Part shown: piece by piece, positions 40,282 through 49,515 of the stretch | Position numbering within the stretch: the first letter of the stretch is position 1 | Layout of the letters: each line of letters opens with the position of its first letter | Assembly (NCBI RefSeq): GCF_002256985.1 | Contig: NZ_NCGO01000007.1 | Coordinates: forward strand, 80,475 to 144,474 | Direction of reading: 5' to 3' | DNA length: 64,000 nt | DNA from: Novosphingobium sp. 28-62-57 | GTDB taxonomy: Bacteria > Pseudomonadota > Alphaproteobacteria > Sphingomonadales > Sphingomonadaceae | Notes under the pieces: generated by a model | Seen by the model: the letters and a program-made list of their open reading frames with translations, nothing else | Told to the model about the DNA's origin: nothing | Databases searched by the model: none | Program-made: the position numbers and the translations under genes

Positions 40282-40331
40282 CCACCCACTTCCTGCTACC
40301 CAAGTTCTTCACACCACATCCCAAAACCGAA

Positions 40332-40419
40332 CGTCACCCCGGACTTGATCCGGGGTCCCGCTTTTCTTGGGCGGCACAAAAAGGGGACAGCGGGATCCCG
40401 GGTCAAGCCCGGGATGACG
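40332..40419. repeat. CGTC-type REP inverted doublet
   Basis: CGTCACCCCGGACTTGATCCGGGGTCCCGC ... GCGGGATCCCGGGTCAAGCCCGGGATGACG. Confidence 0.88.
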
Positions 40420-40457
40420 AATGGAGGGGTGGATTCTTGGCGTTGGGCAGGATGCCC

Positions 40458-41261
40458 CTACTTCCCCAGCGGCTTTTCCGACGACCGCATCTGCTTCCGC
40501 AGCGCCCCCGGCATCCAGCGCGAGGCGAAGGCCAGTTTGCGGGCGGTCTTGCCGACCACGGTGTGCAACCGGCTCCCGTGCACCGCTGCCCACGCAGCCT
40601 CGGCCACTTCGCTCACCGGCGTGAGTTCGAGGCCAGCGCCGAGCACGCGGGTGCGGATGTCTTCGTTGCTGGCGCGGTTGGGGGCGTGGTCGAGCAGCGG
40701 GGTTTCGATGAAGCTGGGCATCAGGTCTCGCACCGCGATCCCGTCCTCGGCCCATTCACCGTCGAGCGATTCGGTGATGGCGCGCACGCCGAACTTGGTG
40801 GCGGAATAGACCGAGGCTCCGGGTGAGCCGTAGATGCCCGCCGCGCTGGCGGTGTTGAGCAGGCAAGATCCCGGCGCGCTGGCCTTGAGCCAAGGGTGCG
40901 CCGCCTGTGCGCCGAAGATCACGCCCTTGAGGTTTATGTCGAGCGTGCGTTCGATTTCCTCAGCCGTGAGATCGACGATTGCGCCGCCGATGGGAACGCC
41001 AGCGTTATTGAACACCACATCGATCCGCCCGCCCGAAGCCTTGGCGCAATCGGCCAGCGCCTGATCCCAGGCCGCGCGGTCGCGCACGTCGAGTTTGTGG
41101 CAGGAGCTTTGCCCTGCAGTCAGCAGCGCGGCGGTTTGCGCCATGCCGGCCTCGTTCACATCGGCCAGCCCCACGAACCAGCCGCCTTGCGCAAAGCGCT
41201 GCGCCACCGCGCGGCCGATGCCTGATGCGCCGCCGGTGATGAAGATCGTCTTGCGCGGCAT
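40458..41261 (-). CDS. Short-chain dehydrogenase/reductase
   Basis: ITGGASGIG, FNNAG, S.......YSATKF. Confidence 0.92.
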   Translation of the reverse strand: MPRKTIFITGGASGIGRAVAQRFAQGGWFVGLADVNEAGMAQTAALLTAGQSSCHKLDVRDRAAWDQALADCAKASGGRIDVVFNNAGVPIGGAIVDLTAEEIERTLDINLKGVIFGAQAAHPWLKASAPGSCLLNTASAAGIYGSPGASVYSATKFGVRAITESLDGEWAEDGIAVRDLMPSFIETPLLDHAPNRASNEDIRTRVLGAGLELTPVSEVAEAAWAAVHGSRLHTVVGKTARKLAFASRWMPGALRKQMRSSEKPLGK

Positions 41262-41358
41262 GCTGCTCCCCCTGCTCACATTGTTGTCAGCAACAAATTA
41301 CAGGTTTTGGTCGACGTGCAAAGCCGTCAGTTGCGCTTCCCCCCAACCTCGCTGCTTT

Positions 41359-41448
41359 CGTCACCCTGAACTTGGTTCAGGGTCCATTTCTCGTCACCAG
41401 CGGCAGTTTGATCGGCACAATGGATGCTGAAACAAGTTCAGCATGACG
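41359..41448. repeat. CGTC-type REP inverted doublet
   Basis: CGTCACCCTGAACTTGGTTCAGGGTCCATT ... AATGGATGCTGAAACAAGTTCAGCATGACG. Confidence 0.88.
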
Positions 41449-41477
41449 ATAACTTTAGAGTATCGCTTGGACCGCGT

Positions 41478-42095
41478 TCACAGCGCCGGATTGTTATAGC
41501 AATGCCACGTGAAAATCGCCGCCGCGCCGCGATGGGGGCGCCAGTCTTCGGCCAACGCGCGGGTTTCCTTCTCGCTCGGCCGCTCTTCAAGGCCCAGCAG
41601 TTTGCCCAGACCCACTTGCACCGCCAGATCGCCTGCCGGCCAGATGTCGGGACGTCCTTCGGCAAAGAGCAGGTAGATTTCCGCCGACCAGCGCCCGATG
41701 CCCTTGATCCTGACCAGTTCGGCAATCGCCTCCTCGTCATCCTTGGGCAGCGCATCAAGATCGAGTTCGCCCGAAACGACCAGTTCGCACAAGGACCGCG
41801 CATAGCCCTGCTTCTGACGCGATAGCCCGCAGGCGCGTAGCGAATCGAAATCAGCGGCGAGCAGATCGTGCGGGGGCATGTCCTCGCCAAGCAGCGCCTC
41901 CAGTTTGTTCCACACCGATGCAGCGGCGGCCACGCTCACCTGCTGGCCCACGATGGTGCGCAGCAGCGTGCCATAGCCGGTGGCGCGAATGCGGGGTTCG
42001 GGATAGCCGACGCGCTCAATCGCGCTGGCCAAGAGCGGATTGCGGGCGGCGATGAAGTCCAGCCCTTCGCGGATCGCTTCAGCCGTCAATCCCAC
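41478..42095 (-). CDS. alkA: DNA-3-methyladenine glycosylase II (AlkA family)
   Basis: IVGQQVSVAAA, GLSRQK, HhH motif IKGIGRWSAEIYL, WPAGDLA, WRP.RG.AA; GTG start after GGAG. Confidence 0.88.
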   Translation of the reverse strand: MGLTAEAIREGLDFIAARNPLLASAIERVGYPEPRIRATGYGTLLRTIVGQQVSVAAAASVWNKLEALLGEDMPPHDLLAADFDSLRACGLSRQKQGYARSLCELVVSGELDLDALPKDDEEAIAELVRIKGIGRWSAEIYLLFAEGRPDIWPAGDLAVQVGLGKLLGLEERPSEKETRALAEDWRPHRGAAAIFTWHCYNNPAL

Positions 42096-42231
42096 CCTAA
42101 ATCTCCGCAATGCAGTTTTGGCCGGTTCAGCAGTTGCCAAAGGCCTGATGGCGCGATAGCAGCGCCACCCAAAGGCGAACAGGGGGCGCGGGACTTGCGT
42201 TTGGCCCGGCGCTGCATTTGGAGATAAAGCG

Positions 42232-42549
42232 ATGCCGAAGATCGTGGTTGTCAATCGTGCAGGTGAAGAAAAGACGGTCGAGGCCGATGCTGGCCTTTCG
42301 GTGATGGAAGCCATCCGCGACAACGGTTTTGACGAATTGCTGGCCCTGTGCGGCGGCTGCTGCTCGTGCGCCACGTGCCACGTCTATGTCGACCCGGCCT
42401 TTGCCGACAAGGTTTCGCCGATGAGCGAAGACGAAAACGACCTGCTCGACAGCTCGGACCACCGCAACGAAACCTCGCGCCTGTCGTGCCAGGTGCAACT
42501 GACCAGCGCGCTGGACGGTCTGCGCGTGACGATCGCGCCGGAAGACTGA
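42232..42549 (+). CDS. [2Fe-2S] ferredoxin (adrenodoxin/putidaredoxin type)
   Basis: [11 protein letters not shown] ... SRLSCQ. Confidence 0.95.
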   Translation: MPKIVVVNRAGEEKTVEADAGLSVMEAIRDNGFDELLALCGGCCSCATCHVYVDPAFADKVSPMSEDENDLLDSSDHRNETSRLSCQVQLTSALDGLRVTIAPED

Positions 42550-42570
42550 TTTTCCGCGCTTTGCGTGTTG

Positions 42571-42610
42571 AAAAAGGGCCCGCCTCCGGATGGAGTGCGG
42601 GCCTTTTTCT
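42571..42610. terminator. Bidirectional rho-independent terminator
   Basis: AAAAAGGGCCCGC...GCGGGCCTTTTT between convergent fdx and argC. Confidence 0.8.
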
Positions 42611-42626
42611 TTGCTTGCTTAGCTTT

Positions 42627-42710
42627 GCTCCCCCGCGCAGGCGGGGGCCTCGGGAGGTTTACGGAAGCTCTGCTTAAAAGGCCTGAGGTCCCCGCCTTCG
42701 CGGGGACGCG
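42627..42710. repeat. 84-bp REP-like element, tandem copy 1
   Basis: GCTCCCCCGCGCAGGCGGGGGCCTCGGGAGGTTTACGGAAGCTCTGCTTAAAAGGCCTGAGGTCCCCGCCTTCGCGGGGACGCG. Confidence 0.9.
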
Positions 42711-42782
42711 AGATGTTGTGGCATTATAGTGTTTTGGTGTGACGGCGCTGCGGCGCTGCGGCGTACAATCCAAACTCAACAT

Positions 42783-42866
42783 GCTCCCCCGCGCAGGCGG
42801 GGGTCTCTGGAGGTTTACGGAAGCTCTGCTTAAAAGGCCTGAGGTCCCCGCCTTCGCGGGGACGCG
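42783..42866. repeat. 84-bp REP-like element, tandem copy 2
   Basis: Near-identical direct repeat of 42627-42710 (156-bp period); differences confined to the left arm. Confidence 0.9.
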
Positions 42867-42897
42867 GGGAGGCACTAAGTTGCGCGGGAGGTTTGGG

Positions 42898-43827
42898 TTA
42901 GACCCGCAAGCCCGCCGTTTCGTCCAGCCCGGCCATAAGGTTCAGCGTCTGCACCGCAGCGCCACTGGCGCCCTTCCCCAGATTATCCAACACCGCCACC
43001 AGCCGCGCTTGTTCGCCATCGGCGCTGCCCATCACATGCAGCTTCAGCCCGTCCCACGGTTCCATCGATCCGCGCAGCAGCAATTCACCTTCAGCCGGAG
43101 CATCCTGCGCCACGGTGACGATTTTTGATTCGCCATAGAACTGCGTCAGCGCCGTGCGCAGCAATTCAGGCGGCACATTGCCCGGCATCACGCCCAGCGG
43201 CAGCAGCACTTCGACCACCATGCCGCGATGCGCCGGCACCACGGCGGGGCTGAACAGCGGGGCAATGGCAAGGCCGGCATAGCGCTGCATTTCTGGCACG
43301 TGCTTGTGCCCGAAGCCAAGGCCATAGCCACGCCATGCGATATCGCGGTCATCCTCGAACCGCTTGATCAGCGCCTTGCCGCCGCCCGAATAGCCAGACA
43401 CGCCCGTGCAGGTATAGGGCCATGCCGAAGGCAGCAACCCATTGTGGACCAGCGGGGCCAGCAGGGCGAGGAAGCCGGTGGGGTAGCAGCCGGGGTTCGA
43501 AACCCGCGTGGCCTGCGCCACCACCTCGCGCCCGACAAGCTCCGGGAAACCATAAGTCCAGCCATCGGCCACACGGTGCGCGGTAGAAGCGTCGATAACC
43601 TTGGTCCGGTCGTTGCGGATCATCGCCACGGCATCGCGCGCGGCATCATCGGGCAGGCACAGGATCACCACATCGGCGTCATTGATGGCCTCGGCCCGCG
43701 CGGCGTCATCCTTGCGCCGCACATCGTCGAGCGCGATGATCGTGAATTCGCTGCGGCCTGCCAGCCGATCGGCAATCTCAAGGCCAGTGGTGCCCGCAGC
43801 GCCATCGATAAAGACCGAAGTTGTCAT
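42898..43827 (-). CDS. argC: N-acetyl-gamma-glutamyl-phosphate reductase (short type)
   Basis: VFIDG.AGTTGL, LCLPD.AA, DASTAHR, SNPGCYPTG, DNLGKGASGAAVQ. Confidence 0.95.
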   Translation of the reverse strand: MTTSVFIDGAAGTTGLEIADRLAGRSEFTIIALDDVRRKDDAARAEAINDADVVILCLPDDAARDAVAMIRNDRTKVIDASTAHRVADGWTYGFPELVGREVVAQATRVSNPGCYPTGFLALLAPLVHNGLLPSAWPYTCTGVSGYSGGGKALIKRFEDDRDIAWRGYGLGFGHKHVPEMQRYAGLAIAPLFSPAVVPAHRGMVVEVLLPLGVMPGNVPPELLRTALTQFYGESKIVTVAQDAPAEGELLLRGSMEPWDGLKLHVMGSADGEQARLVAVLDNLGKGASGAAVQTLNLMAGLDETAGLRV

Positions 43828-44249
43828 GCCGATGGCTCCAGTTGCGCGATTTCGACATAGCCGACCAGCAGGTCTGTGGCAGCCTGTCCCCAGGCCCAGC
43901 CGCCTGCGATATCAAGCACATCGAACCCTTCGCCCGCCGCCAGCGCACGCAATTCTTCGCCATCGGGCTTGCCAGCAGCCCGCAGCATGGCGGGCGATTT
44001 CAGCACGTGCGGCATGGGCACGGCATAGTGCGGCACGAAATAGCGCCCTGCGAGGCCAATGTGCGCCAGATCGCCGCGCACCGGCAGGTGCGGCTTGTCC
44101 GAACGGTCCGCCGGACGGGTCAGCACCAACGGTCCGGTCGGCAGTTCGGCAGAAAGAGGCGTGGCGTCAACGGTCAATTCAGGGTGCCCTCGCAGCAGGA
44201 AAGCCGGGCGATTAGCGGCGTCGGGGCGGTAGGGCAAGTCATGCGGCAT
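43824..44249 (-). CDS. Stand-alone bacterial SH3-domain protein
   Basis: P.RGDLAH..LAG, GE.FDVLD..GGWAWGQ...D..VGYV resemble the SH3 region of alphaproteobacterial NlpC/P60 proteins; no catalytic domain present. Confidence 0.7.
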   Translation of the reverse strand: MPHDLPYRPDAANRPAFLLRGHPELTVDATPLSAELPTGPLVLTRPADRSDKPHLPVRGDLAHIGLAGRYFVPHYAVPMPHVLKSPAMLRAAGKPDGEELRALAAGEGFDVLDIAGGWAWGQAATDLLVGYVEIAQLEPSA

Positions 44250-44261
44250 GAGCAGGCGCAA

Positions 44262-45644
44262 TCAGCCGTAGCGCGCCTTCAGCAGGCCCCATGCCGCACG
44301 CAAGCCCAAGGCATCGCCGCCTTTGGGTCGCCCGGGCTTGGCTGCAGGCCGCCAAGCGAAAGTATCAAAGTGTGCCCAATCAAGGCCTTCGCCCACAAAC
44401 TGGTCCAGAAACAGCGCGGCAGTGCTGGCCCCGGCAAAGCCGCTGGCAGGTGCGTTCAGCAGGTCTGCCACATCAGATTTGAGGTATTCGCGATAGCCTT
44501 CATGCAAGGGCAGTTGCCAGCACGGATCATCACGCTCAAGCCCTGCGGTGATCAGGCCTTGCGCGGTTTCGCTGCGCCGCGCGAACAGGGCGGGCAGGTC
44601 CGGCCCCAGCGCCACGCGGGCCGCGCCGGTCAGCGTGGCAAAATCGATGATCAATTCAGGCTTCAATTCGCTGGCACGGGTCAGCGCATCGCCCAGCACC
44701 AGCCGCCCTTCGGCATCGGTATTGGTGATCTCCACCGACAGGCCCGCGCGTGACCGCAGAATGTCGCCGGGGCGGAAAGCATTGCCGGATATGGCATTTT
44801 CCACAGCAGGCACAAGCAGATGGAGCCGGATCTTCAGGCCCAGTGCCATGATCAGCCCGGCAAGGGCAATGGCATGGGCCGCGCCGCCCATGTCCTTTTT
44901 CATCAGCGCCATGCCGGACGAAGGCTTGATATCGAGCCCGCCGGAATCAAAGCAGACGCCCTTGCCGACAATGGCGACGCGCGGATGCTTGGGATCGCCC
45001 CATTCCATCTCGATCATGCGCGGCGCATGGCTGCGGGCAGCGGCGCGGCCAACGGCGTGGACCATCGGGTAATCGTGCTCCAGCGAATCGCCTGCAACCA
45101 CGTGGACTTCGGCATGGTGGCGTTTGGCCAGCGCGCGCACTTCAGATTCAAGCTGCAGCGGCCCCATGTCTTCGGCCGGGGTGTTCACCAGATCGCGCAC
45201 AACCAGCACAGCAGCGGCCTCGGCCAGCACAGGTTCGATCCGCGCCACATCTTTGGTCAGGAGGATGCGCGGCTCTGTGTCCTTGGCGTCCTTGCGATAG
45301 CGGTCGAAGCGGTATTGGCCGGTTACCCAGCCGTGCAGCGCTTTTCCGGGTTCTGCTCCGGCGCGGCGATAGGTGCCGCCGGGCAGGACATCGGCCAGCT
45401 TGGCCATGCACCACGAGGACAGGTCATTGACATTGGCAACGCCTGCCACGGCAAACCAGCCATCGCCATCGGGTATGATGGCGTGTTCATAGCCGCCCCC
45501 TTCAAACTTCTGCGCCATAAGCGCCGCGCGCTGGCCGGGGTTCAGACTTTTGAGAAAGTCCGGCAGGGTGGCCTTGTCAACCAGGTGGAGGGCGGTGGCC
45601 GGTTGGCCGCGATCAGGCTGGATCAGCGCGTGTTTGTCGGTCAT
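44262..45644 (-). CDS. Leucyl aminopeptidase (peptidase M17)
   Basis: VGKGV.FDSGGLDIK, MKKDMGGAA, NTDAEGRL.L.D, ATLTGA. Confidence 0.93.
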   Translation of the reverse strand: MTDKHALIQPDRGQPATALHLVDKATLPDFLKSLNPGQRAALMAQKFEGGGYEHAIIPDGDGWFAVAGVANVNDLSSWCMAKLADVLPGGTYRRAGAEPGKALHGWVTGQYRFDRYRKDAKDTEPRILLTKDVARIEPVLAEAAAVLVVRDLVNTPAEDMGPLQLESEVRALAKRHHAEVHVVAGDSLEHDYPMVHAVGRAAARSHAPRMIEMEWGDPKHPRVAIVGKGVCFDSGGLDIKPSSGMALMKKDMGGAAHAIALAGLIMALGLKIRLHLLVPAVENAISGNAFRPGDILRSRAGLSVEITNTDAEGRLVLGDALTRASELKPELIIDFATLTGAARVALGPDLPALFARRSETAQGLITAGLERDDPCWQLPLHEGYREYLKSDVADLLNAPASGFAGASTAALFLDQFVGEGLDWAHFDTFAWRPAAKPGRPKGGDALGLRAAWGLLKARYG

Positions 45645-45805
45645 GTTGTGCCAATGCATGCCGCACAGCGCCGCGCGTTGCGAGTGGAATTTGCATCGCG
45701 GGATGCGCGCGCGCCCTTGGGACAGCGCCCGAATACTGCCAGCTGCGATGAAAAGGCACCTATGGCCTTGCCGGACACCTCGCATTTTGCAGCATCATTC
45801 GCTAC

Positions 45806-46645
45806 ATGGGCGCGATGACACAATATCTGACCGTTGAAGACCACGATGTCCTGATGAGGGACGGCACCATCAAGCTGCACGGCCCCGCCGGGTTCGAAGG
45901 CATGCGCAAGGCCGGGCGTCTGGCCGCTGAAATCCTTGATGCGCTGGCACCGCTGGTGGTTCCCGGCGTGCGCACCGATCATCTGGATGATGTGGTCCGG
46001 CAGATGACGCTGGATGCCGGCGCGATTCCCGCAACGCTCGGCTATCGCGGCTATGCGCATTCTTGCTGCATTTCGATCAATCACGTGGTGTGCCACGGCA
46101 TTCCTTCGGACAAGACGCTGAAGGATGGGGATATCGTCAACATCGACGTGACGCCTTTGCTGGATGGCTGGCACGGGGATTCCAGCCGGATGTATCTGGT
46201 TGGCGATGTGCCGCTGAAGGCGCGCAGGCTGGTTGATGTTACTTACGAATGCCTGATGATCGGGATCGCGCAGGCCAAGCCGGGTGCGCGGCTGGGCGAT
46301 ATTGGCGCTGCGATTCAGGCCCATGCCGAACGGCAACGCTATGGCGTGGTGCGCGAATTTTGCGGGCATGGCCTTGGCCGCCTGTTTCATGATTCGCCCG
46401 AAGTCATTCATGCAGCGCGTGCCGGAACCGGGCCGGAACTGCGCCCCGGCATGTTCTTCACGATTGAACCGATGATCAATCTGGGCAAGCCGAGCGTCAA
46501 AATTCTGGAAGATGGCTGGACGGCGGTGACGCGGGACCGCTCATTGTCTGCACAGTTCGAACATTCGATCGGCATTACCGAAGACGGGTGCGAAATCTTC
46601 ACCGCCAGCCCCAAGGGATTGCACCAGCCGCCCTATGCAGCCTGA
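45806..46645 (+). CDS. map: Methionine aminopeptidase type I
   Basis: SINHVVCHGIP, DGDIVNIDVT, HGDSSRM, GHGLG..FH, FTIEPMIN, SAQFEHS. Confidence 0.96.
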   Translation: MGAMTQYLTVEDHDVLMRDGTIKLHGPAGFEGMRKAGRLAAEILDALAPLVVPGVRTDHLDDVVRQMTLDAGAIPATLGYRGYAHSCCISINHVVCHGIPSDKTLKDGDIVNIDVTPLLDGWHGDSSRMYLVGDVPLKARRLVDVTYECLMIGIAQAKPGARLGDIGAAIQAHAERQRYGVVREFCGHGLGRLFHDSPEVIHAARAGTGPELRPGMFFTIEPMINLGKPSVKILEDGWTAVTRDRSLSAQFEHSIGITEDGCEIFTASPKGLHQPPYAA

Positions 46646-46647
46646 TC

Positions 46648-46686
46648 TGCCCAAAAAAGCGGCAGCCTCTGCGCAAAATTTGAGCA
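46648..46686. promoter_or_regulatory. Two NtrC-type binding sites
   Basis: TGCCCAAAAAAGCGGCA (46648-46664) and TGCGCAAAATTTGAGCA (46670-46686), both TGC-N11-GCA, upstream of glnB. Confidence 0.7.
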
Positions 46687-46812
46687 TTATTTTAACAACC
46701 CTGCGCAATCTTGCGCATGGAATGTCTGCGCATTCGATTCAAATCTTGCCCGCACCCGGATTTTACGGCTTTCGCGATGCAACATGTTCGCCTAGTGATT
46801 TGTGACAGCGTG

Positions 46813-46828
46813 TGGCACGATTCTTGTA
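46813..46828 (+). promoter_or_regulatory. sigma54 promoter of glnB-glnA (variant -12)
   Basis: TGGCAC-GATTC-TTGTA; -24 perfect, -12 reads TTGT instead of TTGC. Confidence 0.65.
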
Positions 46829-46867
46829 AAGTTTGCATTTGTAGAGTCAGTGTCACGCTCAGGATAA

Positions 46868-47260
<393 letters not shown>

Positions 47261-47403
47261 CGCTTGCGAGTAGATTTGGCCTCTTCCGGCATATGCCAGT
47301 AGGGGCGTCAAAGCGGGGGTAGGCCTGTGGACGGGCACGCTTCCAGAAAAAACCCCAGATATCCCCCGGACCTCTCCCCCGGGGGCAGAAAGAAGGACCA
47401 GCG

Positions 47404-48813
47404 ATGGCTAGTGCAAAGGACATTCTCGCCCGGATCAAGGACGAGGAAATCGAGTGGGTCGATCTGCGCTTCACCGATCCGAAGGGCAAGTGGCAGCACC
47501 TGACCATGGTTTCGACCGTGCTTGGCGAAGATGAACTTGAAGATGGCCTGATGTTTGACGGCTCGTCCATCGAAGGCTGGAAGGCCATCAACGAATCGGA
47601 CATGATCCTGAAGCCCGATCTTGATGCTGTGTACATCGATCCGTTCTCGGCCTCGCCGATGATGGTCATCTGCTGCGACATCGTCGAGCCTTCGACCGGC
47701 GAACTCTATTCGCGCGATCCACGCTCCACCGCCAAGCGCGCCGAAGCCTTTGTGAAGGCTGGTGGCTTTGGTGACACCGTCTACGTTGGTCCGGAAGCTG
47801 AATTCTTCCTGTTCGACGACGTCAAGTTCTACGACGGTTACGATGGCAACGGCTTCAAGATCGATGACATCGAACTGCCGACCAACTCGGCCAAGGATTA
47901 TGAAGGCGGCAACCTTGCGCACCGTCCGCGCGCCAAGGGTGGCTACTTCCCGGTCGCTCCGGTCGACAGCTGCGTGGATATCCGCGGCGAAATGGTCTCG
48001 ACCATGATCGAAATGGGCCTGCCTTGCGACAAGCACCACCACGAAGTGGCCTCGGCGCAGCACGAACTCGGCCTGACCTTCGGCACGCTGGTGCAGACGG
48101 CTGACCGCATGCAGGTTTACAAGTATGTCGTGCAGCAGGTTGCGCAGGCCTATGGCAAGACCGCCACGTTCATGCCCAAGCCGATCAAGACCGACAACGG
48201 TTCGGGCATGCACACGCACATCTCGATCTGGGAAGGCGGCAAGCCGCTGTTCGCCGGTAATGGCTATGCGGGCCTTTCGGAAATGTGCCTGTATTTCATC
48301 GGCGGCGTGATCAAGCATGCCAAGGCGCTGAACGCCTTCACCAACCCGACCACCAACAGCTACAAGCGTCTGGTGCCGGGCTATGAAGCGCCGGTGCTGC
48401 TGGCCTATTCGGCACGCAACCGGTCGGCATCGTGCCGCATTCCCTATGGCGCTGGCGCCAAGGCAAAGCGCGTGGAATTCCGCTTCCCCGATGCGATGGC
48501 CAACCCCTACCTGTGCTATGCCGCGCTTCTCATGGCAGGTCTCGACGGGATCAAGAACAAGATCCATCCGGGCGAAGCCATGGACAAGAACCTGTACGAT
48601 CTGCCCCCAGCAGAACTCGCCCAGGTCCCGACCGTGTGCGGCAGCTTGCGTGAGGCGCTCGACAGCCTTGAAGCCGATCACGACTTCCTGCTGCAGGGCG
48701 GCGTGTTCACCAAGGACCAGATCGAAGCTTACATCGAACTGAAGTGGCCCGAAGTGATGCGTTGGGAAACCACGCCTTCGGCCGTCGAGTTCGACATGTA
48801 CTACTCGCTCTGA
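47404..48813 (+). CDS. glnA: Glutamine synthetase type I
   Basis: [45 protein letters not shown], adenylylation-site NLYDLP. Confidence 0.98.
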   Translation: MASAKDILARIKDEEIEWVDLRFTDPKGKWQHLTMVSTVLGEDELEDGLMFDGSSIEGWKAINESDMILKPDLDAVYIDPFSASPMMVICCDIVEPSTGELYSRDPRSTAKRAEAFVKAGGFGDTVYVGPEAEFFLFDDVKFYDGYDGNGFKIDDIELPTNSAKDYEGGNLAHRPRAKGGYFPVAPVDSCVDIRGEMVSTMIEMGLPCDKHHHEVASAQHELGLTFGTLVQTADRMQVYKYVVQQVAQAYGKTATFMPKPIKTDNGSGMHTHISIWEGGKPLFAGNGYAGLSEMCLYFIGGVIKHAKALNAFTNPTTNSYKRLVPGYEAPVLLAYSARNRSASCRIPYGAGAKAKRVEFRFPDAMANPYLCYAALLMAGLDGIKNKIHPGEAMDKNLYDLPPAELAQVPTVCGSLREALDSLEADHDFLLQGGVFTKDQIEAYIELKWPEVMRWETTPSAVEFDMYYSL

Positions 48814-48835
48814 TCCACGCGATCTTTGTCGACAG

Positions 48836-48867
48836 AAAAGGGCGTCCGGGAAACCGGGCGCCTTTTT
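48836..48867 (+). terminator. Rho-independent terminator of glnA
   Basis: AAAAG GGCGTCCGG GAAA CCGGGCGCC TTTTT. Confidence 0.85.
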
Positions 48868-48913
48868 CGATTCCGGCAATGGCGGACCAGCAACAACGCA
48901 CGCCGCTGTGATT

Positions 48914-48922
48914 TTATCCACA
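48914..48922 (+). promoter_or_regulatory. Consensus DnaA box upstream of the CHAP gene
   Basis: TTATCCACA, exact match. Confidence 0.6.
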
Positions 48923-49008
48923 GGTTGCGACGAACCGAGGTGAGTGGTGATTGCTGCAGGATGAACGGAGCCGCGCCGGACTCCCGAAATCCGCCAAATT
49001 CCTTAGTC

Positions 49009-49503
49009 ATGCTGCCCATGATAAGAAACGCGGTCGCAGCACTCCTTGCCCTTTTTGCCTTCGCGGCGCTCCCCACGGTGGCCCATGCGCGGCTGCAGTG
49101 CGTGACATATGCCCGGCAGATTTCCGACGTGCAGATCAGCGGCAATGCACGCGAATGGTGGAGCAATGCGCAGGGCCGCTACGAACGCGGTCAGGAGCCC
49201 AAGGCCGGAGCCGTGCTGGCTTTCAGCGGCACGCGCGCGATGCCTTATGGCCATGTCGCGGTTGTGCGCAAGATCGTGGATGACCGCCACATCCTGATCG
49301 ATCACGCCAACTGGTCACGCCCCGGCATGGTCGAGCGCGGAGTCATGGCTGTGGATGTTTCTGCGGCTGGCGACTGGAGCGAAGTGCGCGTGTGGTATGC
49401 TCCCACCAAATCGGTCGGCCTGCGTGCCAGCCCGGCCAAGGGCTTTATCTACCCAAACACGCAAACCGCCGGGGCCAATACAAAGTCTGACGTTCAGGGC
49501 TGA
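49009..49503 (+). CDS. Secreted CHAP-domain peptidoglycan hydrolase
   Basis: Signal peptide (A.A cleavage), LQCV.YAR (Cys), GNA..WW, YGHVAVV (His), HANW. Confidence 0.88.
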   Translation: MLPMIRNAVAALLALFAFAALPTVAHARLQCVTYARQISDVQISGNAREWWSNAQGRYERGQEPKAGAVLAFSGTRAMPYGHVAVVRKIVDDRHILIDHANWSRPGMVERGVMAVDVSAAGDWSEVRVWYAPTKSVGLRASPAKGFIYPNTQTAGANTKSDVQG

Positions 49504-49515
49504 TCGGCAGAACGC

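Noticed and set aside
42627-42866. CRISPR-like repeat-spacer pattern
   Set aside because: Only two repeats, 84 bp long with a 72-bp spacer, REP-type structure, and no cas genes.
42384-42875. 163-aa ORF with an internal peptide repeat (RVPAKAGTSGLLSRASVNL x2)
   Set aside because: Simply the translation of the two tandem REP elements, and it overlaps fdx antisense.
47279-47390. Weak hairpins between glnB and glnA as a possible riboswitch or ncRNA
   Set aside because: Stems are short and imperfect and match no RNA family I can recognise; at most a processing or stability signal.
47308-48921. 537-aa minus-strand ORF
   Set aside because: Antisense shadow of glnA; no RBS or motif support.
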